64,000 nucleotides of DNA from Clostridia bacterium (GTDB lineage Bacteria > Bacillota > Clostridia > TANB77 > CAG-508), in NCBI GenBank assembly GCA_017429505.1, contig JAFROW010000010.1, positions 2,996 through 66,995 of the forward strand. Direction: 5' to 3'. Below, piece after piece: positions 28,976-39,441 of the stretch (position 1 is the stretch's first letter; each line of letters begins with the position of its first letter). Both the position numbers and the translations under genes were made by a program. A model generated the notes under the pieces. The model saw only the letters and a list, made by a program, of their open reading frames with translations, had not been told where the DNA came from and did no database searches.

Positions 28976-30034
28976 CTATTCTCCCCAATTAAACTCCTTA
29001 GTTATTTCAATCTTAGACTTTCCTCTTTTCATATTTTGACTTGATGTTACAATTAAATCCACATCATAGATATTTTTTAATTTTTCTATATTTTCTTGTT
29101 TATATCCAATTACATTGTTTGTATCTTCAGGATTTACAGTAACTTCTACTTCCATAACCTTGGTGTTTAATTTTTTTATTTTATTTACAATTGCATCATA
29201 CCAAAGGCCTGATTCCACCTGCTGTCTAAATGCTGGATGAAATGGTCCTGCTAAAACAATTTCTGAAAAAGTTTCTTGTTTTATTTCACTATCTAAAGGC
29301 TCAAATCCAATTGCTATAATTTCTATATTTTTTTCATTAAATATTTTTGCCAATTCTTTGCATGTTTCTATTGCCTGTACAACAGCTAGTGGCTTATAAC
29401 TTAAATCTTCAAATTCTTTTTCTAAAGGTGTATTTTTTATTACCAAAACAGGATTAATACTTACTGTAGTAGTTTTAAGCTTTATAAGATTTTTTGCTGT
29501 ATTTATATCATCTATTTTTGTGCTATCTGGAAGCCCAATCATGATTTTGTGTCCTAATTTAAATCTGTATAATCTAATCATTCTCGATGCTTTTTTTATG
29601 TCTTTAAAAGTATAATCCATTCCTATTCTTTTTAAAATATAGTCATTAGTTGAATATACTTCTAGTTCTATTGTTTTTACTTTATATTTTTTTAACATTT
29701 TTAGTTTTTGTTTTGTAATATTGTTTGGTCTTATAGATACACGAATACTATCTATTCTTTCCATTCTAATATATTTTTGAATTAGTTCAAGTAAATCTTC
29801 TTGTAATTGTTCAGATAAATTTGTGAAATCTGTTCCTGTAAAAGCCACTTCAACATAATAGTGTTCTGTGGATTCTTCTATTTTTTCTAGGTGTTTTTTT
29901 ATAATTTCTTCTAATGATTCTTTAGTTAGCTCTTGACTTACCATATTAATTTTTTGATTGTCAAAAATCCAGTCATTTTTCTTTTCTGAATATGGTACTA
30001 TTACCGGTATTACATATTTTTTCATAGATTTCAC
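28976..30034 (-). CDS. HemN/HemW-like radical-SAM paralog lacking the CxxxCxxC cluster motif (predicted non-catalytic)
   Basis: Collinear with the HemN-like layout: YYVEVAFTGTDF for FGGGTP, IRPN for E.NP, TIELEVYS for RISLGVQS, KIMIGLPDST for DLI.GLPGQT. The whole 352-aa protein has a single Cys. It sits immediately downstream of rnc. Confidence 0.5.
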   Translation of the reverse strand: MKSMKKYVIPVIVPYSEKKNDWIFDNQKINMVSQELTKESLEEIIKKHLEKIEESTEHYYVEVAFTGTDFTNLSEQLQEDLLELIQKYIRMERIDSIRVSIRPNNITKQKLKMLKKYKVKTIELEVYSTNDYILKRIGMDYTFKDIKKASRMIRLYRFKLGHKIMIGLPDSTKIDDINTAKNLIKLKTTTVSINPVLVIKNTPLEKEFEDLSYKPLAVVQAIETCKELAKIFNEKNIEIIAIGFEPLDSEIKQETFSEIVLAGPFHPAFRQQVESGLWYDAIVNKIKKLNTKVMEVEVTVNPEDTNNVIGYKQENIEKLKNIYDVDLIVTSSQNMKRGKSKIEITKEFNWGE

Positions 30035-30112
30035 CTCTAAATTATATTTTTTTGACTTGTTTCATAATACTTTTATATATAAGTCTGAAATGAAAAGACT
30101 TTGATTATATAT

Positions 30113-30877
30113 TTAAGCCAATTTAAATTTCTCAATAGCATTTTTTGCTGCATCCATTTCAGCTTGCTTTTTGCTTTTACCTTCTCCTATTGCAAGTACT
30201 TTATGATTTAGTTTTACTTCTGATGTAAAAATTTTCTCATGATCTGGTCCTTTTTCATCTATAATATCGTATTCTATATCTACATTTCCGTTTCTTTGCA
30301 AAATCTCTTGTAATACAGTTTTATAATCCTTTTGTCCTATATGTTTTGTTGAATTTTCTATTGGAGCTGCTAAATTTTTTATTATAAATTCTTTTGCAGG
30401 TTCTAATCCTCCATCTAAAAATATTGCTGCAATTACTGCTTCTACACTATCTGCCATAATTGCCGCTCTTACCTCTTTTTGTGAAATTCTCTCAGATTTT
30501 CCTAAATATAAGAAATCACTAAAATTATGCATTTTTGCCACTTCATGCAAACTTTTTTCGCATACTACACTTGCTCTAACTTTAGTCATTTCTCCTTCTT
30601 TTAAATTTGGATATTTATGATAAATATATTCGCTAGATACAAATTCTAAAATACTATCTCCAAGAAATTCCAACTTTTCGTTACTCTGCTTTTTATTCTC
30701 ATAAGCATAAGATGTGTGTGTTAATGCAATTTTTAATAATGCTTTATTTTTAAATTCATATCCAATTTCTTTCTCTAATTTTGTAAATTCTTGCATTTTG
30801 TCACTTCCCTTCTCTAATTGATTTAAGTCGCATATAGCTATGAAATATTTTTCATAACTATTGCTTACTTTCCGCAC
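30113..30877 (-). CDS. rnc: ribonuclease III
   Basis: RNase III signature LEFLGDSILE and a C-terminal dsRBD. Confidence 0.9.
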   Translation of the reverse strand: MRKVSNSYEKYFIAICDLNQLEKGSDKMQEFTKLEKEIGYEFKNKALLKIALTHTSYAYENKKQSNEKLEFLGDSILEFVSSEYIYHKYPNLKEGEMTKVRASVVCEKSLHEVAKMHNFSDFLYLGKSERISQKEVRAAIMADSVEAVIAAIFLDGGLEPAKEFIIKNLAAPIENSTKHIGQKDYKTVLQEILQRNGNVDIEYDIIDEKGPDHEKIFTSEVKLNHKVLAIGEGKSKKQAEMDAAKNAIEKFKLA

Positions 30878-31070
30878 TATAGCTTGAATTTATATTATTT
30901 TCATTTGTTTCATTATTATTTTCAGTTGTCTCTCTAGCGAAATAACCTGTTAAAAAGCCAATTAAAAATACAACAATTATCAATATCGCTGTTTTAAATT
31001 TTTCTTGACTCACATACATATATTTATCATAAATTTTAACATGATCTTTGTTTTGTTCATTTTTATCCAT
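30858..31070 (-). CDS. small hypothetical membrane protein (71 aa from the internal Met)
   Basis: One TM helix (ILIIVVFLIGFLTGYF). AAGGAGG RBS upstream of the ATG at 31068-31070. Overlaps the rnc start. Confidence 0.3.
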   Translation of the reverse strand: MDKNEQNKDHVKIYDKYMYVSQEKFKTAILIIVVFLIGFLTGYFARETTENNNETNENNINSSYSAESKQ

Positions 31071-31245
31071 AATTACTACTATTCCTCCTTTTTTACATGT
31101 TTCTATTATACTATTTTTTTCAGAAAAAATCAATATTTTAGCGCTTAAACAGTAAAATTTTTTCAATATTTTTATACATCACAGTATGAATTTTTTTTGA
31201 TTCATAAAAATTAATATATAAATTAATTAATAGGTAAAATTTCAA

Positions 31246-32037
31246 TTATTTTGTCAATTGGCTTTTTCCCGTTTTATAATCTATTTCTACTCTTGGCTGA
31301 TTATTATACACATACACATTAAAACAAATGCTTTTTCCTTTGTCTTCTACAGATTCAGCTTCCATTTGAACACCACTTGCAACTAAGTTTTTGTCTCTAA
31401 AAATAGGAGTTACTCTATACAAAACATGTTTATTTGTTTTCTTTACATATTCAGCAATTTGATTTTCAAAAGGTAACATTCCATCTACATTTAGATATCT
31501 TGTACCAGTAATTAGATTTTTAGGATTAGCATTTTCTCCTGCAAGTTGAAATCCAATTAAATGACATCTGTTATATAGATATTTTCCATCAACAAAATCA
31601 TATTTTGCAATTTGCCAACCAGAAGGTTTTACCATTCCTATTTCTCCTCTTTCTTCTGTTGGCATTATATCTTTTCCAATATTTGCAAAAGCTACTCCAC
31701 ATCTTCCAAGTACATCTAAATCACTATATTTTTCAAAAGATTTTGCCAAAAAATCTTTTTCATCAAAATTTGGCTTATTGTTATTTATTATTACATAAGG
31801 TTCATTTTTGAATTCAGGAATTGTATCTAAACTAAAAGATATTTTTGTACTTTCTGCTTTTTGCTTTCCTATGTCTCCTATTGCATTTGTCGCAACAGCT
31901 AAAACATCTTGAGTATCTATTACTTCTTGTATGTAATTTCGTATATTATCATTCGAAATGCCTATAATAATTATAATTATTAGTGCTAGTAAAACCAGCC
32001 ACAACTTTTGTTTCTTATTATTCTTTTTCTTCTTCAT
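31246..32037 (-). CDS. membrane-anchored DNA/RNA non-specific nuclease (NucA/EndA DNA-entry nuclease-like)
   Basis: N-terminal TM anchor. NRCHLIGFQLAGENANPKNL resembles the DRGH...NxxPQ active-site region of EndA/NucA. Confidence 0.55.
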   Translation of the reverse strand: MKKKKNNKKQKLWLVLLALIIIIIIGISNDNIRNYIQEVIDTQDVLAVATNAIGDIGKQKAESTKISFSLDTIPEFKNEPYVIINNNKPNFDEKDFLAKSFEKYSDLDVLGRCGVAFANIGKDIMPTEERGEIGMVKPSGWQIAKYDFVDGKYLYNRCHLIGFQLAGENANPKNLITGTRYLNVDGMLPFENQIAEYVKKTNKHVLYRVTPIFRDKNLVASGVQMEAESVEDKGKSICFNVYVYNNQPRVEIDYKTGKSQLTK

Positions 32038-32184
32038 TGTGTGCCCCTTTTCTTATTTGTTTTATTTCCAATAATTATATATTAATAACTAAAAAAATGC
32101 AAGAAAAAATAAATATTTACAAATATTTTTCTATGCAAAAAAATAACCTTAAGGGTTCCCCAAGGTCATTTTTTATTTTCTAAT

Positions 32185-32706
32185 TTATACTAACATTAGA
32201 ATTGCTGTTTCAGCTCCATCACCTTTTCTAGGTCCAGCTTTAACAATTCTAGTATATCCTCCTACTCTATCTGCATATTTTGGAGCGATTTCGTTAAATA
32301 ATTTTGAAGGTAAATCTATGTTATTTCCTTCTGAATCTTTAACTTTATTAATGCTGTTCATTATTTTTCTTCTAGCATTTAGTCTTGATGGCATATCTTT
32401 TTGTCTACTTTCTGTAGTTTCTTCTTTAACTACTTTTAAGTATTCTTTGCCATTTTTACTTTTTACTAATTCTGTTTGCTTATTTCCTTTTGAATCTAAT
32501 TTTGCTTTAACAACTTTTTTCTCTACCATTTCAAAGTTATCTTTTTCTTTAATAGCAAGTGCTATTAAACTATCTGCTATTGATTTAACTTCTTTAGCTC
32601 TAGCTTCTGTAGTTGTTATTTTTCCATACATAATTAAATCTGTTGTAAGGTTTTTAAGCATTGCATTTCTTATATCAGTTGTTCTTCCTAATTTTCTATT
32701 AGCCAA
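32185..32706 (-). CDS. rplQ: 50S ribosomal protein L17 (with a ~50-aa internal insertion)
   Basis: N-terminal RKLGRTTDIRNAMLKNL and C-terminal GGYTRIVKAGPRKGDGAETAILMLV. 173 aa versus ~115-125 typical. Confidence 0.9.
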   Translation of the reverse strand: MANRKLGRTTDIRNAMLKNLTTDLIMYGKITTTEARAKEVKSIADSLIALAIKEKDNFEMVEKKVVKAKLDSKGNKQTELVKSKNGKEYLKVVKEETTESRQKDMPSRLNARRKIMNSINKVKDSEGNNIDLPSKLFNEIAPKYADRVGGYTRIVKAGPRKGDGAETAILMLV

Positions 32707-32728
32707 CTTAGTTCACACTCCTTTACAA

Positions 32729-33676
32729 TTATTCTTCTTCAGGTGCAAAATCTAATCCTAAATCGTGAAGCTTTGCTGTTACTTCGTCTAAAGATTTCTT
32801 TCCTAAATTTCTAACTTTCATCATTTCTGATTCAGTTTTATTAGTTAAATCTTCAACTGTGCTGATTGCTGCTCTCTTTAGGCAATTAAATGACCTTACT
32901 GATAATTCTAATTCTTCGATTGATTTTTCTAAAATCTTCTCTTTTTTATCTTCTTCTTTTTCTATCATAACTTTAGTGTTTTTAGCAGCTTCTGATAGGT
33001 CTATGAATAATTCTAAGTGTCCTGTCATTATTTTTGCTGCTAAACTTAAAGCTTCGTATGGTTTCAAGCTTCCGTCTGTCCATACTTCTATAACTAATCT
33101 ATCTAAATCTACCATTTGACCAACACGTGTTGCTTCTACTTGATAATTTACTTTCTTAACAGGTGTATAGATAGAATCTATTGGAAGTACAGATATGTCT
33201 TGATCAGGCTTTTTATTTTTGTCTGATGATAAATAACCTCTACCTCTATTTGCTGTAAGTTCCATTTTTAAATGTCCACCCTTAGATACTGTAGCTATAT
33301 GTAAGTCAGGGTTAAGTATTTCTACAGTTCCATCTGTTTCAATATCTCCTGCAGTCACTTCTCCTTCTCCATCAAAATCTAAATGTAAAATCTTTTCTTC
33401 GTTTTCGTCAAATTTAAGTCTTACATTTTTTAAGTTTACTATTATTTCAGGTACATCTTCTACAACATTTGGAATACTTGAAAATTCGTGTAGTACTCCA
33501 TCAATTTTTGTGCTAGTTAAAGCACATCCTGGTAGTGATGATAGTAAAATTCTTCTTAATGAATTTCCTACTGTAACTCCATATCCTCTTTCTAGTGGTT
33601 CACATACAAATCTAGCATAATTATTTTTATCATCAACTTTTGTACATTCAATATTTGGCCTTTCAAATTCTATCAT
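32729..33676 (-). CDS. rpoA: DNA-directed RNA polymerase subunit alpha
   Basis: 315 aa. Conserved [12 protein letters not shown]-terminal domain and C-terminal domain ([14 protein letters not shown]). Confidence 0.95.
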   Translation of the reverse strand: MIEFERPNIECTKVDDKNNYARFVCEPLERGYGVTVGNSLRRILLSSLPGCALTSTKIDGVLHEFSSIPNVVEDVPEIIVNLKNVRLKFDENEEKILHLDFDGEGEVTAGDIETDGTVEILNPDLHIATVSKGGHLKMELTANRGRGYLSSDKNKKPDQDISVLPIDSIYTPVKKVNYQVEATRVGQMVDLDRLVIEVWTDGSLKPYEALSLAAKIMTGHLELFIDLSEAAKNTKVMIEKEEDKKEKILEKSIEELELSVRSFNCLKRAAISTVEDLTNKTESEMMKVRNLGKKSLDEVTAKLHDLGLDFAPEEE

Positions 33677-33690
33677 TATTTACCTCCTAA

Positions 33691-34317
33691 TTATTTAGAG
33701 TATAGCTCTACTATTAAATGCTCTTCTAATGCGATGTCTATATCATCTCTTGATGCTAATCTTAATACTTTTCCACTTAATTTTTCGTTATTTCTTTCTA
33801 ACCATGCTGGGATTGGTCTAGTTGCTGTTGCTTCAACATTTGCTTTTATAGTGCTGTTATCTTTTTTACTTTCTCTAACTTCAATAACATCTCCTGGTTT
33901 TACTAAATATGAAGCAATATTAACTTTTTTACCATTTACATTAAATTGTGCATGTGTTACAAATTGTCTTGCTTCAGCCCTTGAAGAACCAAAACCTAAT
34001 CTGTAAACTACGTTGTCTAATCTGCTTTCTAATATTTGTAATAAGTTTTCACCTGTTACACCTTTTTTATTTGAAGCCATTTCAAAATATTTTCTGAATT
34101 GTTTTTCTCCAACTCCATAATATGATTTTGTTTTTTGTTTTTCTCTTAATTGTGTTCCATATTCAGAAAGCTTAGTTTTTCTTTGTCCATGATCTCCAGG
34201 TGCATAATTTCTTCTAGCAACACTGCACTTATCTGAATAGCATCTTTCACCTTTAAGGAATAATTTGCATCCTTCTCTACGGCAAACACGACATTGTGCG
34301 TCTTTATATCTTGACAT
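33691..34317 (-). CDS. rpsD: 30S ribosomal protein S4
   Basis: Zn-finger-like [24 protein letters not shown]-terminus and S4 RNA-binding domain. Confidence 0.95.
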   Translation of the reverse strand: MSRYKDAQCRVCRREGCKLFLKGERCYSDKCSVARRNYAPGDHGQRKTKLSEYGTQLREKQKTKSYYGVGEKQFRKYFEMASNKKGVTGENLLQILESRLDNVVYRLGFGSSRAEARQFVTHAQFNVNGKKVNIASYLVKPGDVIEVRESKKDNSTIKANVEATATRPIPAWLERNNEKLSGKVLRLASRDDIDIALEEHLIVELYSK

Positions 34318-34339
34318 TTTTATTTCACCTTCCCTTTAA

Positions 34340-34735
34340 TTAAACTCTACGTTTTTTTGGTGGTCTACAACCATTGTGTGGTATTGGTGTTACGTCTTTA
34401 ATTGCGCTGATTTCTAGTCCAGCTGTTTGAAGAGCTCTTATTGCTGCTTCTCTTCCAGAACCAGGTCCTTTTACAAATACCTCAACAGTTTTTAAACCAT
34501 GCTCCATTGCTTTTTTTGCTGCAGTTTCTGCAACTTCTCCTGCTGCAAATGGTGTGCTTTTTCTAGAACCTTTAAATCCAAGTCCTCCAGCACTTCCCCA
34601 TGAAATTACATTTCCAGCTGTATCTGTTATAGATACGATTGTATTGTTAAAGCTTGAATGTATATGTGCAGCTCCTCTTTCGATGTTTTTTCTATTTCTT
34701 CTAGTAACTGTCTTTCTTGTTACACTCTTTGCCAT
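34340..34735 (-). CDS. rpsK: 30S ribosomal protein S11
   Basis: 131 aa, [15 protein letters not shown]. Confidence 0.95.
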   Translation of the reverse strand: MAKSVTRKTVTRRNRKNIERGAAHIHSSFNNTIVSITDTAGNVISWGSAGGLGFKGSRKSTPFAAGEVAETAAKKAMEHGLKTVEVFVKGPGSGREAAIRALQTAGLEISAIKDVTPIPHNGCRPPKKRRV

Positions 34736-34845
34736 TGTTCTTACTTACCTCCTCTATTAAAGATAATTCGATTTTAAATTTTTTTATTAATTATATTCGC
34801 TAAATCCTAGCGAGCGTAATCTGTTTGGCTTGCAAACAATTACTT

Positions 34846-35220
34846 TTATTTTTCTTTCTTAGATCTGCTTACTACTTTACGTGGACCTTTTCTTGTACGT
34901 GCATTTGTTTTTGTTCTTTGTCCTCTTACTGGAAGTCCTCTTCTATGTCTTAATCCTCTATAACATCCGATTTCTGTAAGTCTTTTTATATTTAAAGCAA
35001 CTTCTCTTCTTAAATCACCTTCAACAGTATAATCTTCATCAATTGCTTTTCTTATTTTTGCTACATCATCATCTGTTAAGTCTTTTACTCTAACATCTGG
35101 ACTTATTCCTGTTTTTTCAAGGATTTTTTTAGAACGTGATAATCCAATTCCATAAATATATGTTAGTCCAATTTCTACCCTTTTTTCTTTAGGTAGGTCT
35201 ACTCCTGCTATACGAGCCAT
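34846..35220 (-). CDS. rpsM: 30S ribosomal protein S13
   Basis: [26 protein letters not shown]. Confidence 0.95.
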   Translation of the reverse strand: MARIAGVDLPKEKRVEIGLTYIYGIGLSRSKKILEKTGISPDVRVKDLTDDDVAKIRKAIDEDYTVEGDLRREVALNIKRLTEIGCYRGLRHRRGLPVRGQRTKTNARTRKGPRKVVSRSKKEK

Positions 35221-35574
35221 TCTTTTTGCACCTCCGAATTATTTTGTTTTGATATTTTACTTTCTAAAAGTGAAATGCATCAAATGATTTTTTAAAAGGG
35301 TTATTATCATTTGATTTTTAGATTGTAAAATACAGTATATATAGACATAAATAGTATAAAACCTTAAGGTTTCAGCCGCAACCATTTATGTTATAAACTA
35401 AATTATTTTTGCTATTTTTTACAATACTATTTTGATAAATATTGCTATTATAGCTAAAGTTTGTCTGTTTCTAGACACTTAAAATAATTATATGAAATAA
35501 TAATTAATTTTCTTATTAAAGTGAATGTTCACTCTGTGTAGCGGCAAAGCCACTTTCTTTATTATTTCATATAA

Positions 35575-35688
35575 TTATCCTTGTCTTTGTTTGTGTTTAG
35601 GGTTTTCGCAAATAACTCTTATTACGCCCTTTCTTTTGATAACTTTACATTTGTCACACATTTTCTTTACTGATGGTCTTACTTTCAT
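35575..35688 (-). CDS. rpmJ: 50S ribosomal protein L36 (Zn-ribbon type). 37 aa, absent from the ORF track because of its size
   Basis: Manual translation: [37 protein letters not shown]. Confidence 0.85.
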   Translation of the reverse strand: MKVRPSVKKMCDKCKVIKRKGVIRVICENPKHKQRQG

Positions 35689-35769
35689 TTTATTCACCCC
35701 TCTACTACTGCTTCATTAAGCTATTATGTTAGTAACAAGGCAAAAACCTTGATTTACTTCTCTACTTTT

Positions 35770-35988
35770 TTATTTTGCTCTCCAAGTAATTCTACCACGA
35801 TTTAAATCATAAGGTGAAAGTTCTACTTTAACCTTATCTCCTGGTAGTATTTTTATGTAGTTCATTCTTAGTTTTCCCGAAATATGTGCTAATATTTGAT
35901 GCCCATTTTCAAGTTCTACTTTAAAATTTGTATTAGGTAAAGCTTCTACTACTATACCTTCAACTTCTATAGTGTCTTCCTTTGCCAC
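35770..35988 (-). CDS. infA: translation initiation factor IF-1
   Basis: 72 aa S1-like, [34 protein letters not shown]. Confidence 0.95.
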   Translation of the reverse strand: MAKEDTIEVEGIVVEALPNTNFKVELENGHQILAHISGKLRMNYIKILPGDKVKVELSPYDLNRGRITWRAK

Positions 35989-36069
35989 TTTCTCGCCTCC
36001 TTAAAGAGCTTTTTAATATGTAAACTATGATTTTGTCCATATTAACTTCTATATTATATACTATTTTTT

Positions 36070-36840
36070 TTATATTGTCAAGATTTTTGGCTCATTTTCT
36101 GTAATTAAAATTGTATTTTCATAATGAGCTGCCAAACTACCGTCTTCTGTAACGATTGTCCAACCATCATCAAGCTCTAAAATATTGTGTTTTCCCTGTA
36201 TTACCATAGGCTCAATTGCAAGTGTCATACCTGGCTCAATTCTTGGTCCTTTTCCTGCTTTTCCGTAATTTGGAATCTCAGGTGCTTCATGCATTTCTCT
36301 TCCAATTCCATGACCTTCGAATTCTTGAACTACTGAATATCCATTTGCTCTTACAAATTCACCTATTGCATGAGATATATCTCCAATTCTGTTTCCAGGT
36401 TTTGCATATTTTATTCCTTCATAAAAAGCTGCTTTTGTAACATCTACTAACCTTTGAGCATCTTTTGAAGTTTTTCCTCCACATATAAATGTACGTGCTG
36501 CATCTCCATTAAAGCCATTTTTTAAAATAACTGTATCTACACTTACTAAGTCCCCTTCTTTTATAATTTTGTTTTTTATTGGAACTCCGTGAATTACCTC
36601 ATCATTTACAGAAATACATGTTGCATGCTTATATGGTGGTACACCTTTTATACCTGGATCATATCCTATTTGTGCAGGTATTCCCCCTAAATCTCTCATT
36701 ATTTTTTCAGCTCTTCTATCTAGCTCAAAAGTTGATATTCCTGGTTTTATTTCTTTTTCTAATAATTCATAAAATTTTGCTACTATTTTGCATACGTCTT
36801 CCATTAATTTTATTTCTTTTTCATTTTTTATTGATATCAT
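36070..36840 (-). CDS. map: type I methionine aminopeptidase
   Basis: 256 aa with metal-binding D, D, H, E, E residues in pita-bread fold order. Confidence 0.95.
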   Translation of the reverse strand: MISIKNEKEIKLMEDVCKIVAKFYELLEKEIKPGISTFELDRRAEKIMRDLGGIPAQIGYDPGIKGVPPYKHATCISVNDEVIHGVPIKNKIIKEGDLVSVDTVILKNGFNGDAARTFICGGKTSKDAQRLVDVTKAAFYEGIKYAKPGNRIGDISHAIGEFVRANGYSVVQEFEGHGIGREMHEAPEIPNYGKAGKGPRIEPGMTLAIEPMVIQGKHNILELDDGWTIVTEDGSLAAHYENTILITENEPKILTI

Positions 36841-37089
36841 TTTTTGCCCCTTTTTTGTTATCTTTTACTTGTTTATTGTACTACTTTTTCTATCTTTTGT
36901 CAATACATTAAGTAGCTAAAAAAGCCTTGTATTAATCTTTACAAAGCTTTTTATGAATTATCACATTTAATTATCATTTATGCAACTTTTTCTTTATCTT
37001 CAAAAATCTTATTTATTTTATTTTTCATATATTCTTTTCTTTTTTTACTTATTTTTATATACAACAACTTCTATTTTTATTTTTTGAAT

Positions 37090-38505
37090 CTAAGTTTTTG
37101 CAGTAAAATATCCTGGATTAGATTGACCTTCATCTATGTGAGCATAAGTTTTGTTTTTTTTGCTTGAACTGTATGTTGTTCCTGAACCTCCTACTAAATT
37201 TATACAGCCTTCAAACATATCTGTAGAGTTAATATCATTTCCATGTGAATCTATCCCTTTTTCAAATTTATCAACTACAAATCTATCTGATGCATATATT
37301 GTAGATAAATTATTGCATTGTGCAAACATATAATACATATATATTGCATTGCTTGTATCAAAATTACTTAAATCTAGGTTTGTTAAATTAGTACCCCTAA
37401 ACATGTGTTGCATATTTGTTACTTTTGATGTATCAAAACTGCTTACATCTAAACTTGTTAATCCTGTACAATAATAAAACATACCACTCATATTAGTTAC
37501 TTTAGATGTATTGAAATTACTTACATTAATACTTGTTAATTTTTTGCATCTGTTAAACATGCTAATCATATTAGTAGCATTCGATGTATTAAATCTACTT
37601 ACATCTAAAACCGTCAATGAATTACAATTATCAAACATATATGCCATTGTTGTTACTTTTGATGTATCAAAGCTCGTTATATTTAAGCTTATAAGACTAG
37701 TACATTCTTCAAACATAGAAGTCATATCTGTTACATTTGATGTATTAAAACTTTTTAAATTTAAACTTAATAATCCATAACAATGCATAAACATACTTGA
37801 CATTTTAGTTACTTTAGATGTATTAAAATTTCTAATGTCTAATCTTGTTAATTGACTACATCTGTTAAACATAGAAGTCATAATATTTACATTCTGCGTA
37901 TCAAAACTACTTACATCTAATTCCTTTAATTCACTACAATAAGAAAACATAGCACCCATGTTAGTTACATTTGATGTATCTATTTTACTTACATCTATAT
38001 TAGTACATTTTACACATTTATAAAACATGTACGAACTATTTGGATTTGATTCTGGCTCTTCATCTTTTGTATACCAATATATTGTTCCATTTGTGTTATC
38101 AAACCACATATATATTGGCATATTTGATTCAGGTGTAGATACAATATTTGAATCAATTTTATTTTCAGCAGATATTTCTGTCGCTCTTTTTATTTCTTTT
38201 ATATTTGTATCTTCTGTATTGTAAGTAGCACCTTCTGTTCCTGCAAGCTGTTTCATCTTCGCATTTACTTGTGTTCCTGTTTTAAATATTGCTCTTGGTA
38301 CAAAAGTTTCTTCATAAACTTGCTCTTCATTCCCCACGTCTTTTTCATAGCTTGACTTTGTTTTTTCAAATTGAGCATCTATACTTGCTTCTTTGTTTTT
38401 AAAACTCACTCCAACACTTGTTACAACTACTAAGAAAAATAGTGCTGATAAAAGTACAAATAGTGAAATTGAACCATTTTCATTTTTTACCATCTTTTGC
38501 ATCAT
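37090..38505 (-). CDS. BspA-like surface protein with ~10 tandem DUF285-type leucine-rich repeats (MF..C..L..LD.S.FDTSNVTNM)
   Basis: N-terminal TM anchor. Repeat unit FNTSNVT(N/D)M(S/T)SMF..C..L..L is repeated ~10 times. It lies between adk and map inside the spc operon. Confidence 0.7.
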   Translation of the reverse strand: MMQKMVKNENGSISLFVLLSALFFLVVVTSVGVSFKNKEASIDAQFEKTKSSYEKDVGNEEQVYEETFVPRAIFKTGTQVNAKMKQLAGTEGATYNTEDTNIKEIKRATEISAENKIDSNIVSTPESNMPIYMWFDNTNGTIYWYTKDEEPESNPNSSYMFYKCVKCTNIDVSKIDTSNVTNMGAMFSYCSELKELDVSSFDTQNVNIMTSMFNRCSQLTRLDIRNFNTSKVTKMSSMFMHCYGLLSLNLKSFNTSNVTDMTSMFEECTSLISLNITSFDTSKVTTMAYMFDNCNSLTVLDVSRFNTSNATNMISMFNRCKKLTSINVSNFNTSKVTNMSGMFYYCTGLTSLDVSSFDTSKVTNMQHMFRGTNLTNLDLSNFDTSNAIYMYYMFAQCNNLSTIYASDRFVVDKFEKGIDSHGNDINSTDMFEGCINLVGGSGTTYSSSKKNKTYAHIDEGQSNPGYFTAKT

Positions 38506-38624
38506 ATTAACATCCCTTGTATAATTTATTTAGGTTTTTAATGATGGTTTTACCTATAAACCAATTCTATAGTTATTTTTTCGAATAGCTAGAACATTTC
38601 CCAAAAATTATCTCTCACATAATT

Positions 38625-39281
38625 TTATTTTAAAAATTCAATAATTCCTTCTGCTAAATCTTTTGGTGGTTTATTTGATTCTACTTTATACACAACTCCC
38701 TTTTTATTGTAAAAATCTATTAATGGTGCAGTTTGTGAAAAATATGTATCTAATCTCTTCTTTACTGCTTCACTATCACTATCATCAACTCTTTGTACTA
38801 TCTCGCTTCCACATTTATCACATATTCCAGGAGCTTTAGTTGGCTTACTTACTAAATTATATATTTCTTTACATTCTGAATTTGAGCATATTCTTCTATT
38901 TATAATTCTAGACATTATTTCTTCCATCTCAAGAGTTAAATTGATTGCATAGTCAACTTTTTTATTTTTTTCTTCTAGCATCTTGTCTAATTCTTCTGCT
39001 TGTGCAATATTTCTTGGATATCCATCTAAAATAAAGCCATTTTCACAATCTAGTTCATTTATTCTTGATTTAACCATAGCATTTGTAACTTCATCTGGTA
39101 CTAATTGTCCTTTATCTATATATTGTGTAGCAAGCTTTCCTAGTTCTGTTTCTTCTTGAATATTTTTTCTAAAAATGTCTCCTGTTGAAATATGTGGAAT
39201 ATTTAATTTTTGCTTTAATATTCCTGCAACTGTTCCTTTTCCTGTGCCTTGAGCACCCATCATAACTATATTCATACTCAT
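38625..39281 (-). CDS. adk: adenylate kinase (Zn-lid type)
   Basis: P-loop GAQGTGKGT. Lid CSNSEC...CDKCG. Confidence 0.95.
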   Translation of the reverse strand: MSMNIVMMGAQGTGKGTVAGILKQKLNIPHISTGDIFRKNIQEETELGKLATQYIDKGQLVPDEVTNAMVKSRINELDCENGFILDGYPRNIAQAEELDKMLEEKNKKVDYAINLTLEMEEIMSRIINRRICSNSECKEIYNLVSKPTKAPGICDKCGSEIVQRVDDSDSEAVKKRLDTYFSQTAPLIDFYNKKGVVYKVESNKPPKDLAEGIIEFLK

Positions 39282-39441
39282 TTCTCCTTTATAATTTTTG
39301 CTAATTTTAGCTTACTTCGATTATTATTCTATATCTTTTTCCACATTTTGTCAATATATATGGACACAAAAAAACATCTATCAGAACTGATAAATGCTTT
39401 TTATTTTGAGGGCAGAGTGAATTTTTGCCCCGTCCCCAAAT

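Noticed and set aside
35689-35769. acaaggcaaaaaccttg hairpin between infA and rpmJ that shares CAAGGCAAAA with the repeat element
   Set aside because: Only a 10-nt match. The rest of the element is absent. Judged coincidental.
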